In this document: positions 1 through 13,704 of the stretch, piece after piece
Layout: each line of letters opens with the position of its first letter
How positions within the stretch are numbered: the stretch's first letter is position 1
Assembly: GCA_964016885.1 (NCBI GenBank)
Contig: OZ024754.1
Location: forward strand, 26,908,001-26,972,000
Direction of reading: 5' to 3'
DNA: 64,000 nucleotides
DNA from: Eledone cirrhosa
Lineage: Eukaryota
Translations under genes and position numbers: made by a program
The notes under the pieces: model-generated
The model's database searches: none
Seen by the model: only the letters and a program-made list of their open reading frames with translations
Told to the model about the DNA's origin: nothing

Positions 1-609
1 AAACCAGTGTTAACGTCATCAGATTGTGTGTAAAAAACGTCATGAGAGTTATCTCGAATTTTATCATAACATAATTTAACTCAGACAATTTCACGTATTT
101 TTTTTTATATCACTTCGTCTTGTTTTGATATACATATTTTAAAATAAATTTTATTGCAGTAAAATTATAATTTTTGAATTGTTTCTCTTCAATTAAGAAT
201 TATTTATATTTATAAAAAATATATATTTGGAAAATTGTACGAAAGTAACAGTAGGTATCAACTCAACATGTTTCATATACACGTGTAATTCAACTAGTGG
301 CATCTTGACAACTTTTCACATAAGAATTAACTTTCTGTAACTAATTTCAGTTATTAGACTGTGACGACGCTGGGGAATCGTCTTAATTTAGTCGTTCATA
401 TCAACCCCAGTCTCCATTTCTGTTAGAAATTATTTTTTCCCCGTTTTTATTTTTACGCTTGCTTTCAACTAATCTGATCTCAGAAAGTGTTGCAAACGTT
501 TTTTTTTCGTGGAAAAAAGGTGTGTCGGAAGAATCGTCGGAGTTTTCCATAAAATATTATATATATATTTCGTTTCTGAATTATTGGCAACATGACCCTC
601 TCAAAGCAT

Positions 610-661
<52 letters not shown>

Positions 662-789
662 TAGCTGAGGTACTCGGGAGCGGGTATTCCCAGTTCCCAT
701 TAAAATGTCCAATGCCTCCCAGACCAAAAATGAAATCAAAATATAGGACAGATAATCAAAAGCGAAGACAAATTCATTTACGAAACAAT

Positions 790-977
790 AATTGTTTCTA
801 CTTTAGGCACAAGGCTAGCAATTACTCAGTGCATTACTGGTACTTTATTTTATCGACCCCGTAAGGATGAAAGGCAAAGTGAACCTCGGCGGGATTTGAA
901 CTCAGATCGTAAAGGGACGTAACTATGCTGGAAAGCATGGCGTCCGACCCTCTACCGATACTGTCAATCCACCGCCC
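790..977 (-). mobile_element. tRNA-derived SINE (young subfamily) with TSD
   Basis: Head GGGCGGTGGATTG..GAGTTCAAATCCC (B box), core GCCTTTCATCCTTACGGGGTCGATAAAATAAAGTACCAG. TSD tttacgaaacaataat at 777-792 and 978-993. Confidence 0.9.
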
Positions 978-1196
978 TTTACGAAACAATAATGCAAACA
1001 AATATTGTTGATTGCATTGGTCAGGCGAAAAAATGTTTGCAAGAGAAGTTATGTTGCTATAAGGAAAAAAATAGAACCCCCATTAGGGAGTTTCATTGCT
1101 GACATTTTGTGAATAGGCATCATATCTTGTCATTTACCTATGGCATTTTTCTTTTTTGTTCTCTTTCGTGGGTATCGTTGTTGATTTTTTTCCCGA

Positions 1197-2632
1197 TCTC
1201 GCTGAGATTGAATAGCGAGTCGATCAAGACTTTTAACGGCAAAGGAGATGTTGTGGCCTGGTTGAGAAAGGTCACATTGGTCGCCTCGCTGCAAGGCATT
1301 GACAACGTTGCTGGTTTGTTCGCTCTATATCTCGACGGGGATGCCCTAGCACTGTACCTCGAGATGGACGAGAGCGACAACTGAATGCGGGGGGGGGGGG
1401 GCGTTAGGGCAGCGACTTAAGGAAGCGTTCGCCGAGAGGCCGTACGCTGCTTTTGCCAAGCTAGGAAGAGCGAGATGGCAGGGAGAGCACGTGGACGTGT
1501 CCGCGACAGAGTTACGGCAGTTGGGTACGTTGGCCGGATTCGCGGTAGATCGCGAATGCTCCGTGCGGTTGGCTTTTATGAACGGGTTGCCCGACGAAAT
1601 CTCCGTGAAGCTCCAACAGCTGCCCGGCAACAGGGAGATGAGCATGAGTGAGCTCATCGCACAGGCCCGTGTAATAACACAGGATACGAAGTGGAGTGTT
1701 GCAGCGCTGGTAGCGACGGAAGCCCATCGCAGTCGACAGCGACCGACGTATGACGAAAGGAGACCAGCCGCTGTGAATAGTCGTCCGCGTGCGTTCTGAG
1801 ACCGGTGCTTCAGGTGCCAGGGCCCGCACATGGCAAGGAACTGCAGAGAGCCGAAGCCAGCTATAGTCTGCTATCGCTGCAAGCGGCCAGGCCACCTCGC
1901 AAATAATTGCGACCAGGGAAATGGTCTAAATGGGGCTACGCCGGTTGCCACCCTAGAGGCGAGTAGAGGCGCCTTTGCAGTCGCTGCCCGTAGTGGAAGT
2001 TTTGGTGGAAGGGAAGCCATCGCGTGCACTCGCAGACACGGGTTGCACGACAACACTAGTGACCATGGAGGCGGTTAAAAAGTGGAGCGGGATGAACAGT
2101 GTAAGGGCAGTCGACGGCAGGGAGATTAGATGCAGAGGTACCAGCGAGGTGTCGATGGGGGTATGGGGAAGAGAAATTAGGCTTCAGGCGATCGTGATTG
2201 ACCAGATGGTGGGCGGAATCGATGTAGTAATGGGCATGGACACGATTGGCTTCCTTGGAGGTATTACAGTGACTGAAGTCGGAGTGACGTTTGGTAGCGA
2301 GAGGACATCATGTGCTGTGATCTTGCTGGGAGAATCCACGAAGAACAGGGCGATCCACGAAGAAAATACCATACAGGACAAGGATTTCAGGGCGGTGTTT
2401 GATGGGCAGCGGTGGGTAGTTGAGTGGTACTGGAAGGGAGATCCACCAACGCTGAAGAACAGAGTGGGCTGTTATCAGCATACCCTGAAAGGAAATGCCA
2501 GAAGCGAGTTTGAGGGAGAGGTACAGAGATGGATCGAGGAAGGTATACTGATTCCTTGGAAGGAGGAGGTAAAGTGCGGAGTGTGGCCGCTAATGGCAGT
2601 GGTGCAGCCCACGAAGAACAAGGTTAGGCCGA
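1197..2632 (+). mobile_element. Decayed Ty3/Gypsy-type LTR retrotransposon fragment (gag with two CCHC knuckles, protease, RT N-terminus)
   Basis: Zinc knuckles CFRCQGPHMARNC and CYRCKRPGHLANNC; aspartic protease ALADTGCTTT; RT start WIEEGIL..PLMAVVQPTKNKVRP. In-frame stops (1382, 1797), frameshifts and 3' truncation. Confidence 0.88.
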
Positions 2633-3109
2633 GCTCGTCTCTTCCCTGAGCTCCCTTGATCATAGGAGATTTATCGTGAGTTTCTAACTCTATATTATAA
2701 TTCGATGTATAGATATAATAAATATTTGCTCTACGGGTTTATATGTACTTATATATATATAACCAAGTCTTATCAAGTCCTTATTTTGGTCTTTGTATTT
2801 AACTATATCATGGCAGCTACCTGGCGTTTCTACATGATATCGAACGGATGTGACTTTTTAGGCTAGCAAGAATCCTACATTCTCTGGCACAGATGTTACA
2901 GGAATCAGTGACTGGGTGTTATGTACTTTCATCTACCGTCCCATGTACTTTCATGTGCTTTTGAATGGCTATAATGCTTATTTTATGTTGTAATTGCTTT
3001 AATCATCTATCTAAGAAGTAAAACATCAGAAACAAGGGAGATAACTAATACTAAAAGAAGAGTTCTCTCCCATAAAAATGTATCTTTTATAACTATTATT
3101 ATTATTATG

Positions 3110-3290
3110 GCTGTATCGGAAGAGGGTCGGACGCCATGCTTTGACGCATAGAGTTACGGCCCTTGCCATTCTGAGTTCAAATCCCGCCGAGGTTAACTTT
3201 GCCTTTCATCCTTACGGGGTCGATAAGATAAAGTACCAGTAATGCACTGGGTTATTGCTGGCCTTGTACCAAAAGTAGAAACAATTACTA
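3110..3290 (+). mobile_element. Same SINE family, 5'-truncated
   Basis: Matches the SINE core and 3' tail (..ccaaaagtagaaacaatta). Confidence 0.85.
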
Positions 3291-3829
3291 ATACTTTCAA
3301 AGTAAAGGGTGCCATGAATGATACAAAATCAAACATATGTCTTGTCTCTAAAAAAAGCTCAAGATAGAATTCAGGGAATAAAATCGAGCCTTAATCATTG
3401 TAAGAAAGTGATTGAAATATATTCAAACACAGTTAAGTGTACACTAAGACATATCAAAACATAGAACTAGAGACAATCTACACTGAAAGTAAGACTACAT
3501 AATTCGTTGAGTATTCGTTGAGTTATTAAATCTAATAAAAAATTCCTGATAACGATCAAATTTATTTCCCTCATATGTATTCTCCACAAAATCAGAATAC
3601 ATTTCACCAATAACGGCGAAATTAGATATTTTGAAACGGATCATCAGTGAGGCAATTTCAAAATCATCTAATCTCACTCAATGCAGGGTTGAAAGTGGCT
3701 AAACGCCACATGGTATCAACACATGAATTTTAGCACTCGCAATGACTTTACACGGGAAAATTAGGATGTGCCCTTCCTGCAACAAAAAAAATTCAACTCC
3801 ACCGTCGCCATCTCTTAACTCTTCCCGGT

Positions 3830-4222
3830 CAACATTGTGATTTTAAAAGTACGTAGCCTGGTGTCGTCCTGGAAACAAGGTCGCTTACTCAGCAACATCT
3901 AGCGATAGATGTAACAGTCGTCAGAGTGACCAACATTTCCGACACAAGCACTAGCTCTCATTATTGACGACGTTGAAATCTACACATCTCTTAGTGGGTC
4001 TGGAATGGGAGGTACGGTGGCAGTACTGTGTAGTAATGGCCTGGATCTCCAAGTGCGGATGATCTTCCTGGACCCGGACAGTAAGTCTGTGGTACTGGAG
4101 GTGAGGAAAAGCGACGGTGGTGCTTTTTGACTTGTGGTCGTCTTTTCCCCCGACTGAGGCAGGACGGCCAAATTTCTTCAGGCGCCTGGAAGCCTTTCTA
4201 GGAAGGCCTCACCCTTTATTGT
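3830..4222 (+). mobile_element. Degenerate L1/Tx1-type LINE APE endonuclease fragment
   Basis: Conceptual translation ..VRSL..GGTVAVL..FLDPDSKSVVLEV..F*LVVVFSP..FFRRLEAFL resembles the ORF2 endonuclease N-terminus. Confidence 0.55.
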
Positions 4223-4245
4223 AATATATATATATACATATATAA

Positions 4246-4286
<41 letters not shown>

Positions 4287-4535
4287 CTTAGGGTAAATAT
4301 TGATGCAATTCAATTCAAGCACTCAACGTACTTATTCCACATAGGAGTGACGGAGTAAATATCGAATAAGGAAAAGCGAAGTAGTTTCAGATGTTGAAGT
4401 CTTTTAATAATAATGCTGTGATATATATATTTCAATGGCGACAGTGGTCACACTGTCCCGTGCGCCAGTGTCGCGACATCGTCAGACAGCTTGTTACATA
4501 ATAAGGTTATGTTTCCGAGGCAATCCAAATTGAAT

Positions 4536-4597
<62 letters not shown>

Positions 4598-4904
4598 CAC
4601 TCAACCTCACCGCTGTGTCCGGGTCAGTATAAAATCTTTTCCTGGGTCCTGTATTTTCATTGCTCTGGTAATGCGGTTGGACTGTCGACTGCTATATCTG
4701 ATTTGCTAAGCTGTCTGAACGTAATGTTATTACTCTGGAGTCTTACCTCATCTGAGTGCTAAAGCTACAGACCGATTATGCATATACGCTAGCTTGGCCG
4801 TATACTAAAGCTTCGTCAATGCTGTACTAAAATTTATATATATATATATATTTTTTTCCCTGAAAGAAATCGGTATATATAGAATAAATTCTATGTCACT
4901 GTCC

Positions 4905-4973
<69 letters not shown>

Positions 4974-5384
4974 GCACAGAATCTCTCTCTCTCTCTGTCT
5001 CTCTCTGACACACTCACACACACACACACACGCACACACACACACACTCACACACACATAATCTCTCTCTCTCTGACACACACACAAACGGTTTCCGCTT
5101 ACCAAATTCCACTCGCAAGAAACTTTACCTCTAATTTTCCCCAATCTCTGAGCAGAACGTTTCAATGTAAACATATTTTAAATTCAAAATTACTGCACGG
5201 CCACATTTGAAAGTAATTGACCGGCGACATTTTGAAGTGTGTGGATCCAATACAGCGACTGCGTGCCTACGTACCTACTTACCTACCTACCTACCTACCT
5301 ACCTACCTACCTACCTACTTGCGTACCTGCGTCGCTCAGGAGGAAAGCTGTTCGTGATGTATTCAGCTAAAAGCCATATAATTG

Positions 5385-5600
5385 TTTCTAAATTTGGCAC
5401 AAAGCCAGCAATTTGAAGGAGAGGGAAAAGTCGATGAAATCGACATCAGTGTATTACTGGTACTTTATTTTATCGACCCCGTAAGGATAAAAGGCAAAGC
5501 TATCCTCGGCGGGATTTCTACTGAGAACATAAAGCGCCGTAACTTCATGCTGCTAAGCATGTTGTCCGACGCTCAGCCGATTCTGCCAGTCTATCGCCCT
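5385..5600 (-). mobile_element. SINE, older long variant
   Basis: Same core plus an extra segment of about 35 bp (tttgaaggagagggaaaagtcgatgaaatcgac). Confidence 0.8.
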
Positions 5601-5898
5601 CAAGCCATACAATAGTATATCAATATGAGACTTCGGTCTATGCCAAACTTTAACACGTGTGTATTGTTCACATTTTGAAGTAATTAGTGAGTCCTCCAAA
5701 TTAACCATCAGTAAAATACACAATATTATCATGTCATCATTTTTTTAACATCCTCAATGGAAAAAAGTTAAAATTAAGCAGGAACATAATTAAATTTCCC
5801 ATCTTTAAACTTACACATAATAATATAAAATCAAACAATAGGAAAAAACAAAGACAAAACATAATGGATTTCTATTTTAAGATGATTCTCTAAAAGAT

Positions 5899-6283
5899 AA
5901 TTGTTTCTACTTTTGGCACAAGGCCATGAATTACCCAGTACATTACTGGTACTTTATTTTATCGATCCCGTAAGGATGAAAGGCAAAGTTAACCTCGACG
6001 GGATTTGAACTCAGATCGTAAAGGGACGTAACTACGCTGGGAAGCCTGTCTGACCCTCTACCAATACTGCCAATTCACCGCCCCTATTCTTTAAAAGATA
6101 ATTGTTTCTACTTTTGGCACAAGGCCAGCAATTACCCAGTGCATTACTGGTACTTTATTCTATCGACCCCGTAAGGATGAAAGGCAAAGTCAACCTCGGC
6201 GGGATTTGAACTCAGATCGTAAAGGGACGTAACTATGCTGGAAAGCATGGCGTCCGACCCTCCACCGATACTGCCAATCCACC
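5899..6283 (-). mobile_element. Two tandem SINE copies
   Basis: Two near-complete units (about 5899-6083 and 6099-6283) separated and flanked by taaaagataat. Confidence 0.88.
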
Positions 6284-6992
6284 ATTAAAAGATAATGAGT
6301 TGAAAACATAAGAATGGTTGTTTGAATACAAACGTTAATAGGATTAGTAGCGATTGCTTATTTTTTAAAACATCTGTAAGAAGGTTTTAATAGGAAGTTT
6401 TGAAGGAAATATAGTTTTGGTTGTAAAATTGGGGAAAGATATTATTGAACGTAAAGTAGAACACATATATGAACACATAAGCTTAAAATGTTTGCTTTAA
6501 CAGCATGGCTTAACTGATCTAGCTACGGAAATTGAACGGATCTCCGTCTCCGTAGTTTCTTACAATGAAGGCTCTGTTTGTTTAGTCAACAAAAGAACCT
6601 AATAGTGAAATTAACGTGCAAGTATCTGAGTATAGATATGTGTACTTCTTTGTCCCGTAACCCCCGAGGAAGTCGTAGGCGTGCTATATACGGCTTTTCT
6701 AGGGCATTTTAAAACTTGGCAGAGCTTATCTACTCTCCAGGTCTGAATACAACAGATTTATTCCACACGCACGCACATACGCATACACACCAGTCCATTC
6801 CACATATACAATGATTACCTCCCTTCCTAAGCCTCTCTAACGCGTAAGATTCCCATTGACCAGCAATCTCCAAAATGGCTGACTCAATACGCACATATGC
6901 TTTTTTCTCCCCTTTTCTCATTCTCCCCCCCCCCCCGTTCCTTCCTCTTATCACTCTCTATCTTTCTATTTTATCTTTTATTTTTAACTCTA

Positions 6993-7028
6993 TCTTCTGA
7001 TGAAAGACTAGTGTCCGAAACGTTAAAA
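6993..7028 (+). ncRNA. Minimal hammerhead (Penelope-type)
   Basis: TCTT CTGATGA AAGACTAGTGTCC GAAA CG TT AAAA; same family as 59451. Confidence 0.6.
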
Positions 7029-7189
7029 CTCTTTTCATGCAATTTCAAGCGTTAAACTAATATATTTTTTCAATATACTGTGTCGTTTGCTTTGTTGTTT
7101 CTGTTTACTTTTTAAATATATATATGCAGCAAGATGCAAACATGTTTAACTTAATAGCACCAATAAGCGAAGTTTTTCAAATCATTATT

Positions 7190-7860
7190 TGGGCACCGTT
7201 TTTTATTGGGGAGGGGGGGGGGGTCCGTTTTTTATTTGGGGGAAGGAGGCGTTTTTTATTTGGAATCCGTTTTTTATTAATTGGTGGTGGGGGGTGGGGG
7301 ATCCGTTTTTTATTGGGGGGGGGTTGTCCGTTTTTTATTTGGAATCCTTTTTTATTAGGGTGGGGGGTGGGGGTGTCCGTTTTTTTTATTGGGGGAGGGT
7401 TTGAAAATGTTGAAAGTAGGTTTATAAGTATGAATTTTCAAAATATTTTCGTAGTTGTCTCAGTGGCCTAGCGGTAGGTACTAGAGACGGTGGAGATCAT
7501 GGTCTTGGGTTCAATCCTGGTAGCGAGATACATGTAATCTTTTACATCCCAAAGAAAAAAACTGAAAAGGTTTACCAGGAACCCTACTTCCGGACGGGAT
7601 CGAACTTCAGACCAGACTCAACACCGTCTGTGACTCTTCCAACTAGGCCACCGAGACAACTACACAAGTATAACGAAAATTGATAATTATAAACCTACTT
7701 TCAAAATCAAAGTTAATTATTGGGGGGGGGGGGTCCGTTTATTATTTGGGTGTGGGGTAGGGTGTGGTCCGTTTTTATTTGGGGGTGGGGTAGGGGGTGT
7801 CCGGTATTTATTTGGGGGTGGGGTGGGGTCCGTTTTTATTGGAGGGGGGGTCCCTTATTT
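7190..7860. repeat. G-rich minisatellite (GGGGTCCGTTTTTATT-like) flanking an inverted pair of tRNA-like heads
   Basis: Repeated G-run/ccgtttttatt units at 7190-7400 and 7720-7860; inverted repeat 7410-7520 vs 7592-7704. Confidence 0.8.
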
Positions 7861-7865
7861 AATTG

Positions 7866-10162
7866 TACTCTACAATAAGTAGTGATATGGTACTCTACAA
7901 TAAGTAGTGGTGTGGTACTCTACAATAAGTAGTGGTGTGGTACTCGACAATAAGTAGTGGTGTGGTACTCTACAATAAGTAGTGGTGTGGTACTCTACAA
8001 TAAGTAGTAGTATGGTACTCTACAATAAGTAGTGGTGTGGTACTCTACAATAAGTAGTGGTGTGGTACTCGACAATAAGTAGTGGTGTGGTACTCTACAA
8101 TAAGTAGTGGTGTGGTACTCTACAATAAGTAGTAGTATGGTACTCTACAACAAGTAGTGGTGTGGTACTCTACAATAAGTAGTGGTGTGGTACTCTACAA
8201 TAAGTAGTGGTGTGGTACTCTACAATAAGTAGTGGTGTGGTACTCTACAATAAGTAGTAGTATGGTACTCTACAATAAGTAGTGGTGTGGTACTCTACAA
8301 TAAGTAGTGATGTGGTACTCTACAATAAGTAGTGGTCTGGTACTCTACAATAAGTAGTGGTGTGGTACTCTACAATAAGTACCGGTGTGGTACTCTACAA
8401 TAAGTAGTGGTATGGTACTCTACAATAAGTAGTGGTGTGGTACTTTACAATAAGTAGTGGTGTGGTACTCTACAATAAGAAGTGGTGTGGTACTCTACAA
8501 TAAGTAGTGGTGTGGTACTCTACAATAAGTAGTGGTGTGGTACTCTACAATAACTAGTGGTGTGGTACTCTACAATAAGTAGTGGTGTGGTACTCTACAA
8601 TAAGTAGTGGTGTGGTACTCTACAATAAGTAGTGGTATGGTACTCTACAATAAGAAGTGGTGTGGTACTCTACAATAAGAAGTGGTGTGGTACTCTACAA
8701 TAAGTAGTGGTGTGGTACTCTACAATAAGTAGTGGTGTGGTACTCTACAATAACTAGTGGTGTGGTACTCTACAATAAGTAGTGGTGTGGTACTCTACAA
8801 TAAGTAGTGGTGTGGTACTCTACAATAAGTAGTGGTATGGTACTCTACAATAAGAAGTGGTGTGGTACTCTACAATAAGAAGTGGTGTGGTACTCTACAA
8901 TAAGTAGTGGTGTGGTACTCTACAATAAGTAGTGGTGTGGTACTCTACAATAAGAAATGGTGTGGTACTCTACAATAAGTAGTGGTGTGGTACTCTACAA
9001 TAAGTAGTGGTGTGGTACTCTACAATAAGTAGTGGTGTGGTACTCTACAATAAGTTGTGGTGTGGTACTCTACAATAAGTAGTGGTGTGGTACTCTACAA
9101 TAAGTAGTGGCGTGGTACTCTACAATAAGTTGTGGTGTGGTACTCTACAATAAGTAGTGGTGTGGTACTCTACAATAAGTAGTGGTGTGGTACTCTACAA
9201 TAAGTAGTGGTATGGTACTCTACAATAAGAAGTGGTATGGTACTCTACAATAAGAAGTGGTGTGGTACTCTACAATAAGTAGTGGTGTGGTACTCTACAA
9301 TAAGTAGTGGTATGGTACTCTACAATAAGAAGTGGTGTGGTACTCTACAATAAGTAGTGGTGTGGTACTCTACAAAAAGCAGTGGTATGGTACTCTACAA
9401 TAAGAAGTGGTGTGGTACTCTACAATAAGTTGTGGTGTGGTACTCTACAATAAGAAGTGGTGTGGTACTCTACAATAAGTTGTGGTGTGGTACTCTACAA
9501 TAAGAAGTGGTGTGGTACTCTACAATAAGAAGTGGTGTGGTACTCTACAATAAGTAGTGGTGTGGTACTCTACAATAAGTAGTGGTATGGTACTCTACAA
9601 CAAGAAGTGGTGTAGTACTCTACAATAAGTTGTGGTGTGGTTCTCTACAATAAGTAGTGGTGTGGTACTCTACAATAAGTAGTGGTGTGGTACTCTACAA
9701 TAAGTAGTGATGTGATACTCTACAATAAGTAGTGGTGTGGTACTCTACAATAAGTAGTGGTGTGGTACTCTACAATAAGTAGTGGTGTGATACTCTACAA
9801 TAAGTAGTGGTATTTTACTCTACAATAAGTGGTGTGGTACTCTACAATAAGAAGTGGTGAGGTACTCTACAATAAGTTGTGGTATGGTACTCTACAATAA
9901 GTAGTGGTGTGGTACTCTACAATAAGAAGTGGTGTGGTACTCTACAATAAGTAGTGGTATGGTACTCTACAATAAGTAGTGGTGTGGTACTCTACAATAA
10001 GAAGTCGTGTGGTACTCTACAATAAGAAGTGGTGTGGTACTCTACAATAAGTAGTGGTGTGGTACTCTACAATAAGTAGTGGTGTGGTACTCTACAATAA
10101 GTAGTGGTGTGGTACTCTACAATAAGTAGTGGTGTGGTACTCTACAATAAGTAGTGGTATGG
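7866..10162. repeat. 25-bp tandem satellite, about 92 copies (TACTCTACAATAAGTAGTGGTGTGG)
   Basis: Directly visible 25-nt period with few variants and no spacers. Confidence 0.97.
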
Positions 10163-10259
10163 AATGATGTGCTGGAGTCGGTCTGCAACGTCACCTGCAG
10201 GAGAAGCGAGCGGGCATAAGAAGATGAATAAAATAAAAACTCTTCCTCTCTTCTACTCC

Positions 10260-11880
10260 TTGTTGTTGTTGTTGTTGGTCTTCTTCTTCTTCTTCTTCTT
10301 CTTGTTAGTAGCAGCAGCTGTATTAGTGGTAATAGTAGTAGCAATATTAGTTGTAGTAAACGTAGTAGCAGTGGTTGGAGTAGAAGTAGTAGTAGTATCA
10401 TCATCATCATCATCATCATCATCAGTAGTAGTAGTAGTTGTAGTAGTAGTAGTAGTAGAAGTATTAGTAGTACAGTATTTGTAGTAGTAGTAGAAGTAGC
10501 AGCAGTAACATAATTCTTCATAAAATATAACAACTGTTCCAGTGAAGAAGTGAGTTTCAGTGGATAGTTTCAATATTTCTTGGTAAATATAAAATATAGT
10601 AAATATTAGAGAGGGTGGATAAAGGAATCACACACACACACGCACCTGCACACACGCACACGCACAAACACACACACACGCACGTACAGACACGCACACA
10701 CGCACACACACGCACACACACACACACACACACATACACACACACACACACACACGCACGCACAGACACACACATACACACACACACACACGAACAGACA
10801 CAGACACACACGCACACATACACAGACACACACAGACACACACGCACACGCACACGCACAGACACACACGTACACACAGATACACAGACTCACACGCATA
10901 GAGGCAGACACAGACACACAGACACACACGCAGACAGACGCATAGACACACACATACTCACACACACAGACACACACATACACACACAGACACACACATA
11001 CACACACGCACAGACACAGACACATATATTCACACACATACACACACATACACACACACATTCATACACACACATACACAGACAGCACAAAACAAAATTG
11101 AGTAACACCACCACCACTACCACCAAAAACAATAACACCAATAAGAATAACAATAAGATCAACAACAACGCCAATAACAATAACAACAAAAATATCAACA
11201 ACAAAAACAACAATAATAATAATTGTTTCTACTTTAGGCACAAGGCCAGCAATTACCCAGTGCATTACTGGTACTTTATTTTATCGACCCCGTAACAACA
11301 ATAATAATAATAGCAATAACATGAACAACACCAATTGCAATAACAATAACAACAATAACAAAAATAGCGACATCAACAACAATATCAATAACAAAAATAA
11401 CAATAACAACAACACCAATAACAACAACAACAGCAACAATGCCAACAACAACAGCAACAATGCCAACAACAATAACAGCAACTGCAACGATGCCAACAAC
11501 AACAGCAACAATGCCAACAACAACAACAGCAACAATGCAAACAACAATAACTGCAACTGCAACGATGCCAACAAAAACAGCAACAATGCCAACAACAACA
11601 ACAGCAACAATGCCAACAACAATAACAGCAACTGCAACGATGCCAACAACAACAGCAACAATGCCAATAACAACAACAGCAACAATGCCAACAACAATAA
11701 CAGCAACTGCAACGATGCCAACAACAACAACAGCAACAATGCCAACAACAACAACAGCAACAATGCCAACAACAACAACAGCAACAATGCCAACAACAAC
11801 AACAGCAACAATGCCAACAACAACAACAGCAACAATGCCAACAACAACAACAACAGCAACAATGCCAACAATAACAACAC
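10260..11880. repeat. Compound simple repeats: (GTT/CTT/GTA/CAT)n, (CA)n-rich, and (AAC)n with higher-order AACAATGCC units
   Basis: Directly visible; contains a SINE 3' fragment at about 11219-11293. Confidence 0.95.
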
Positions 11881-13704
11881 TGTCGAAACATTTCCATGTC
11901 TATTTTCTTTTCTAACCAATTGTAAACAGACTTCTTAAACAGCAACAGACAAAATCCCCAGAAAACAAAAGCAAAACATTTCATCATCCTTTGTAATATT
12001 CTCCACACCATTCACCCCCCACCCACCCCCCACACACACACTTTGTTGATCTAAAATCTTCTTCTTGCTTTCTTTTATCTCATTCTTCCATTAAGAAAAA
12101 AAATATATGTTTGGTTTTGAGGTAGATTTCTGAAAAACAATGGAATTGTTAAAATATTGAAACAGGGAAAGCTAGCGTTTATTCTTCCAGCTTCCAACTC
12201 TGATTGTTTCTATCTACAAATCAATTCGGTACATATTTTTTTTATTGCTGTAAAATATGTTTGATACCTTTTGTCTCGATATCTACCAGAAACATTTCTA
12301 TAGTAACAAACATTATCCGAAAAATAATTATCTAATAGACTAGACTATTTCAAAATATGGTTTCTGATTTAGGCACAAGGCCAAGAATTTTGTGTGAGGG
12401 GAAACTAGTTTAAATCGATCCCAGTGCGTTGATGGTACGTTATGTTACCGACCCTGTAAGGACGAAAAGTGAAGCTAACCTCGGTGGGATTTGAAATCAG
12501 AACATAAAGGGACGTCACTATATACCCAGACTATTTCAAAATATAATAGCCCTTTTAAAATGAAAAAATATATATATATATATCGTAGAAAAGTTATTAT
12601 ATTTTAAAATGGTGTAGTGACTTTTGGGCCAGCCTGTATATTAAGGTACGGTTGACCAGGTAAGCTGTTCGCAGTCATGACGGTCTCGGGTTCTATCCCA
12701 CTGTCTTGTCAGGGAAATTGACTAAACAGAAACTGTGTTGAAGCCCGTCGGTTGGATCGAATATACTTGTTATTCAAAAGGTTAGCCTTGTCACATACTG
12801 TGTCAGGATAAACGTTAGTGAGAATGACGTTAAGGACATACGTGTCTGTGGTATACTCCGTCACGTATACACTAATTTCATACACTTAACGGCTGTTTCG
12901 TTGACCAAACAATTGGAATACTCACAGTCAACACCAAGGAGGTCCATTTAGTGTGTTTGTATGTCATAACGAAAGACAACAAAATAAATTTCGCAGACGA
13001 TACAACATATATTCCACAAACATTCGATAAATATCCGAATATTTTAGCTGACAAGATGTTGTTGCTTGCAGACGGTGACATTTTAATCAACTACGTAATA
13101 CAACAATAATTGTGATTGGTGAATTACTTTATCAGGTCGTCGTATTGTTGATTGGATAAGAAAATCAAACCCATGAAAATTGTAAACAGAAATTATAGAT
13201 ATTTTTATTTTTCAGATTAGTGTCCAACTTTTCTCGATGGTGGCCAATCAGTTGTGCAACGTATGTAATGAGGTATGAATTATTTATCATGTATACATTA
13301 AGTTTCCCTAAAACATGTTACATTAAAATCAAGCGCTATGCATATAAATGGCCTATAACCTAAAATATTATATGAAAGATATCAATTTTCAATCCTCATG
13401 TGTGTGTTTCTCAAATCTGCACATTCAGATATTTTATGGTGTGTGGTTTGGTGGTTTGGGTGATCGGCTCATAATGGTAGGGTTGTGATGAGTGCGATTC
13501 TTGAAAGAGATTCAACACACACATGCACCCCCCCCCCCCCCACACACTCTCTCTCTCTCTTCTCCACTGTCATATGGCACTGAAGGTTGAGTTTAATACT
13601 GCAATGGTTAACTACACTTGAGAAGTCACTCACAACCTCACCATTGTAACAGAAACGCTCTGTGTGTATGTGTGTATATATATATATGTGTGTGTGTATA
13701 TATA

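Noticed and set aside
1914-1980. Programmed -1 frameshift at GGGAAAT in the Gypsy element
   Set aside because: The protease frame is +1 relative to gag and has a stop at 1954; a decay indel is the simpler explanation.
7451-7663. Functional tRNA genes
   Set aside because: A and B boxes are present but no convincing acceptor or anticodon stems; treated as tRNA-derived heads.
7866-10162. 25-bp repeat array as a CRISPR
   Set aside because: Head-to-tail units with no unique spacers, no cas genes, and a eukaryotic context.
10117-12011. Poly-N, poly-L, poly-C and HT-repeat ORFs of 100-226 aa
   Set aside because: Translations of trinucleotide and (CA)n repeats, open in several frames and strands.
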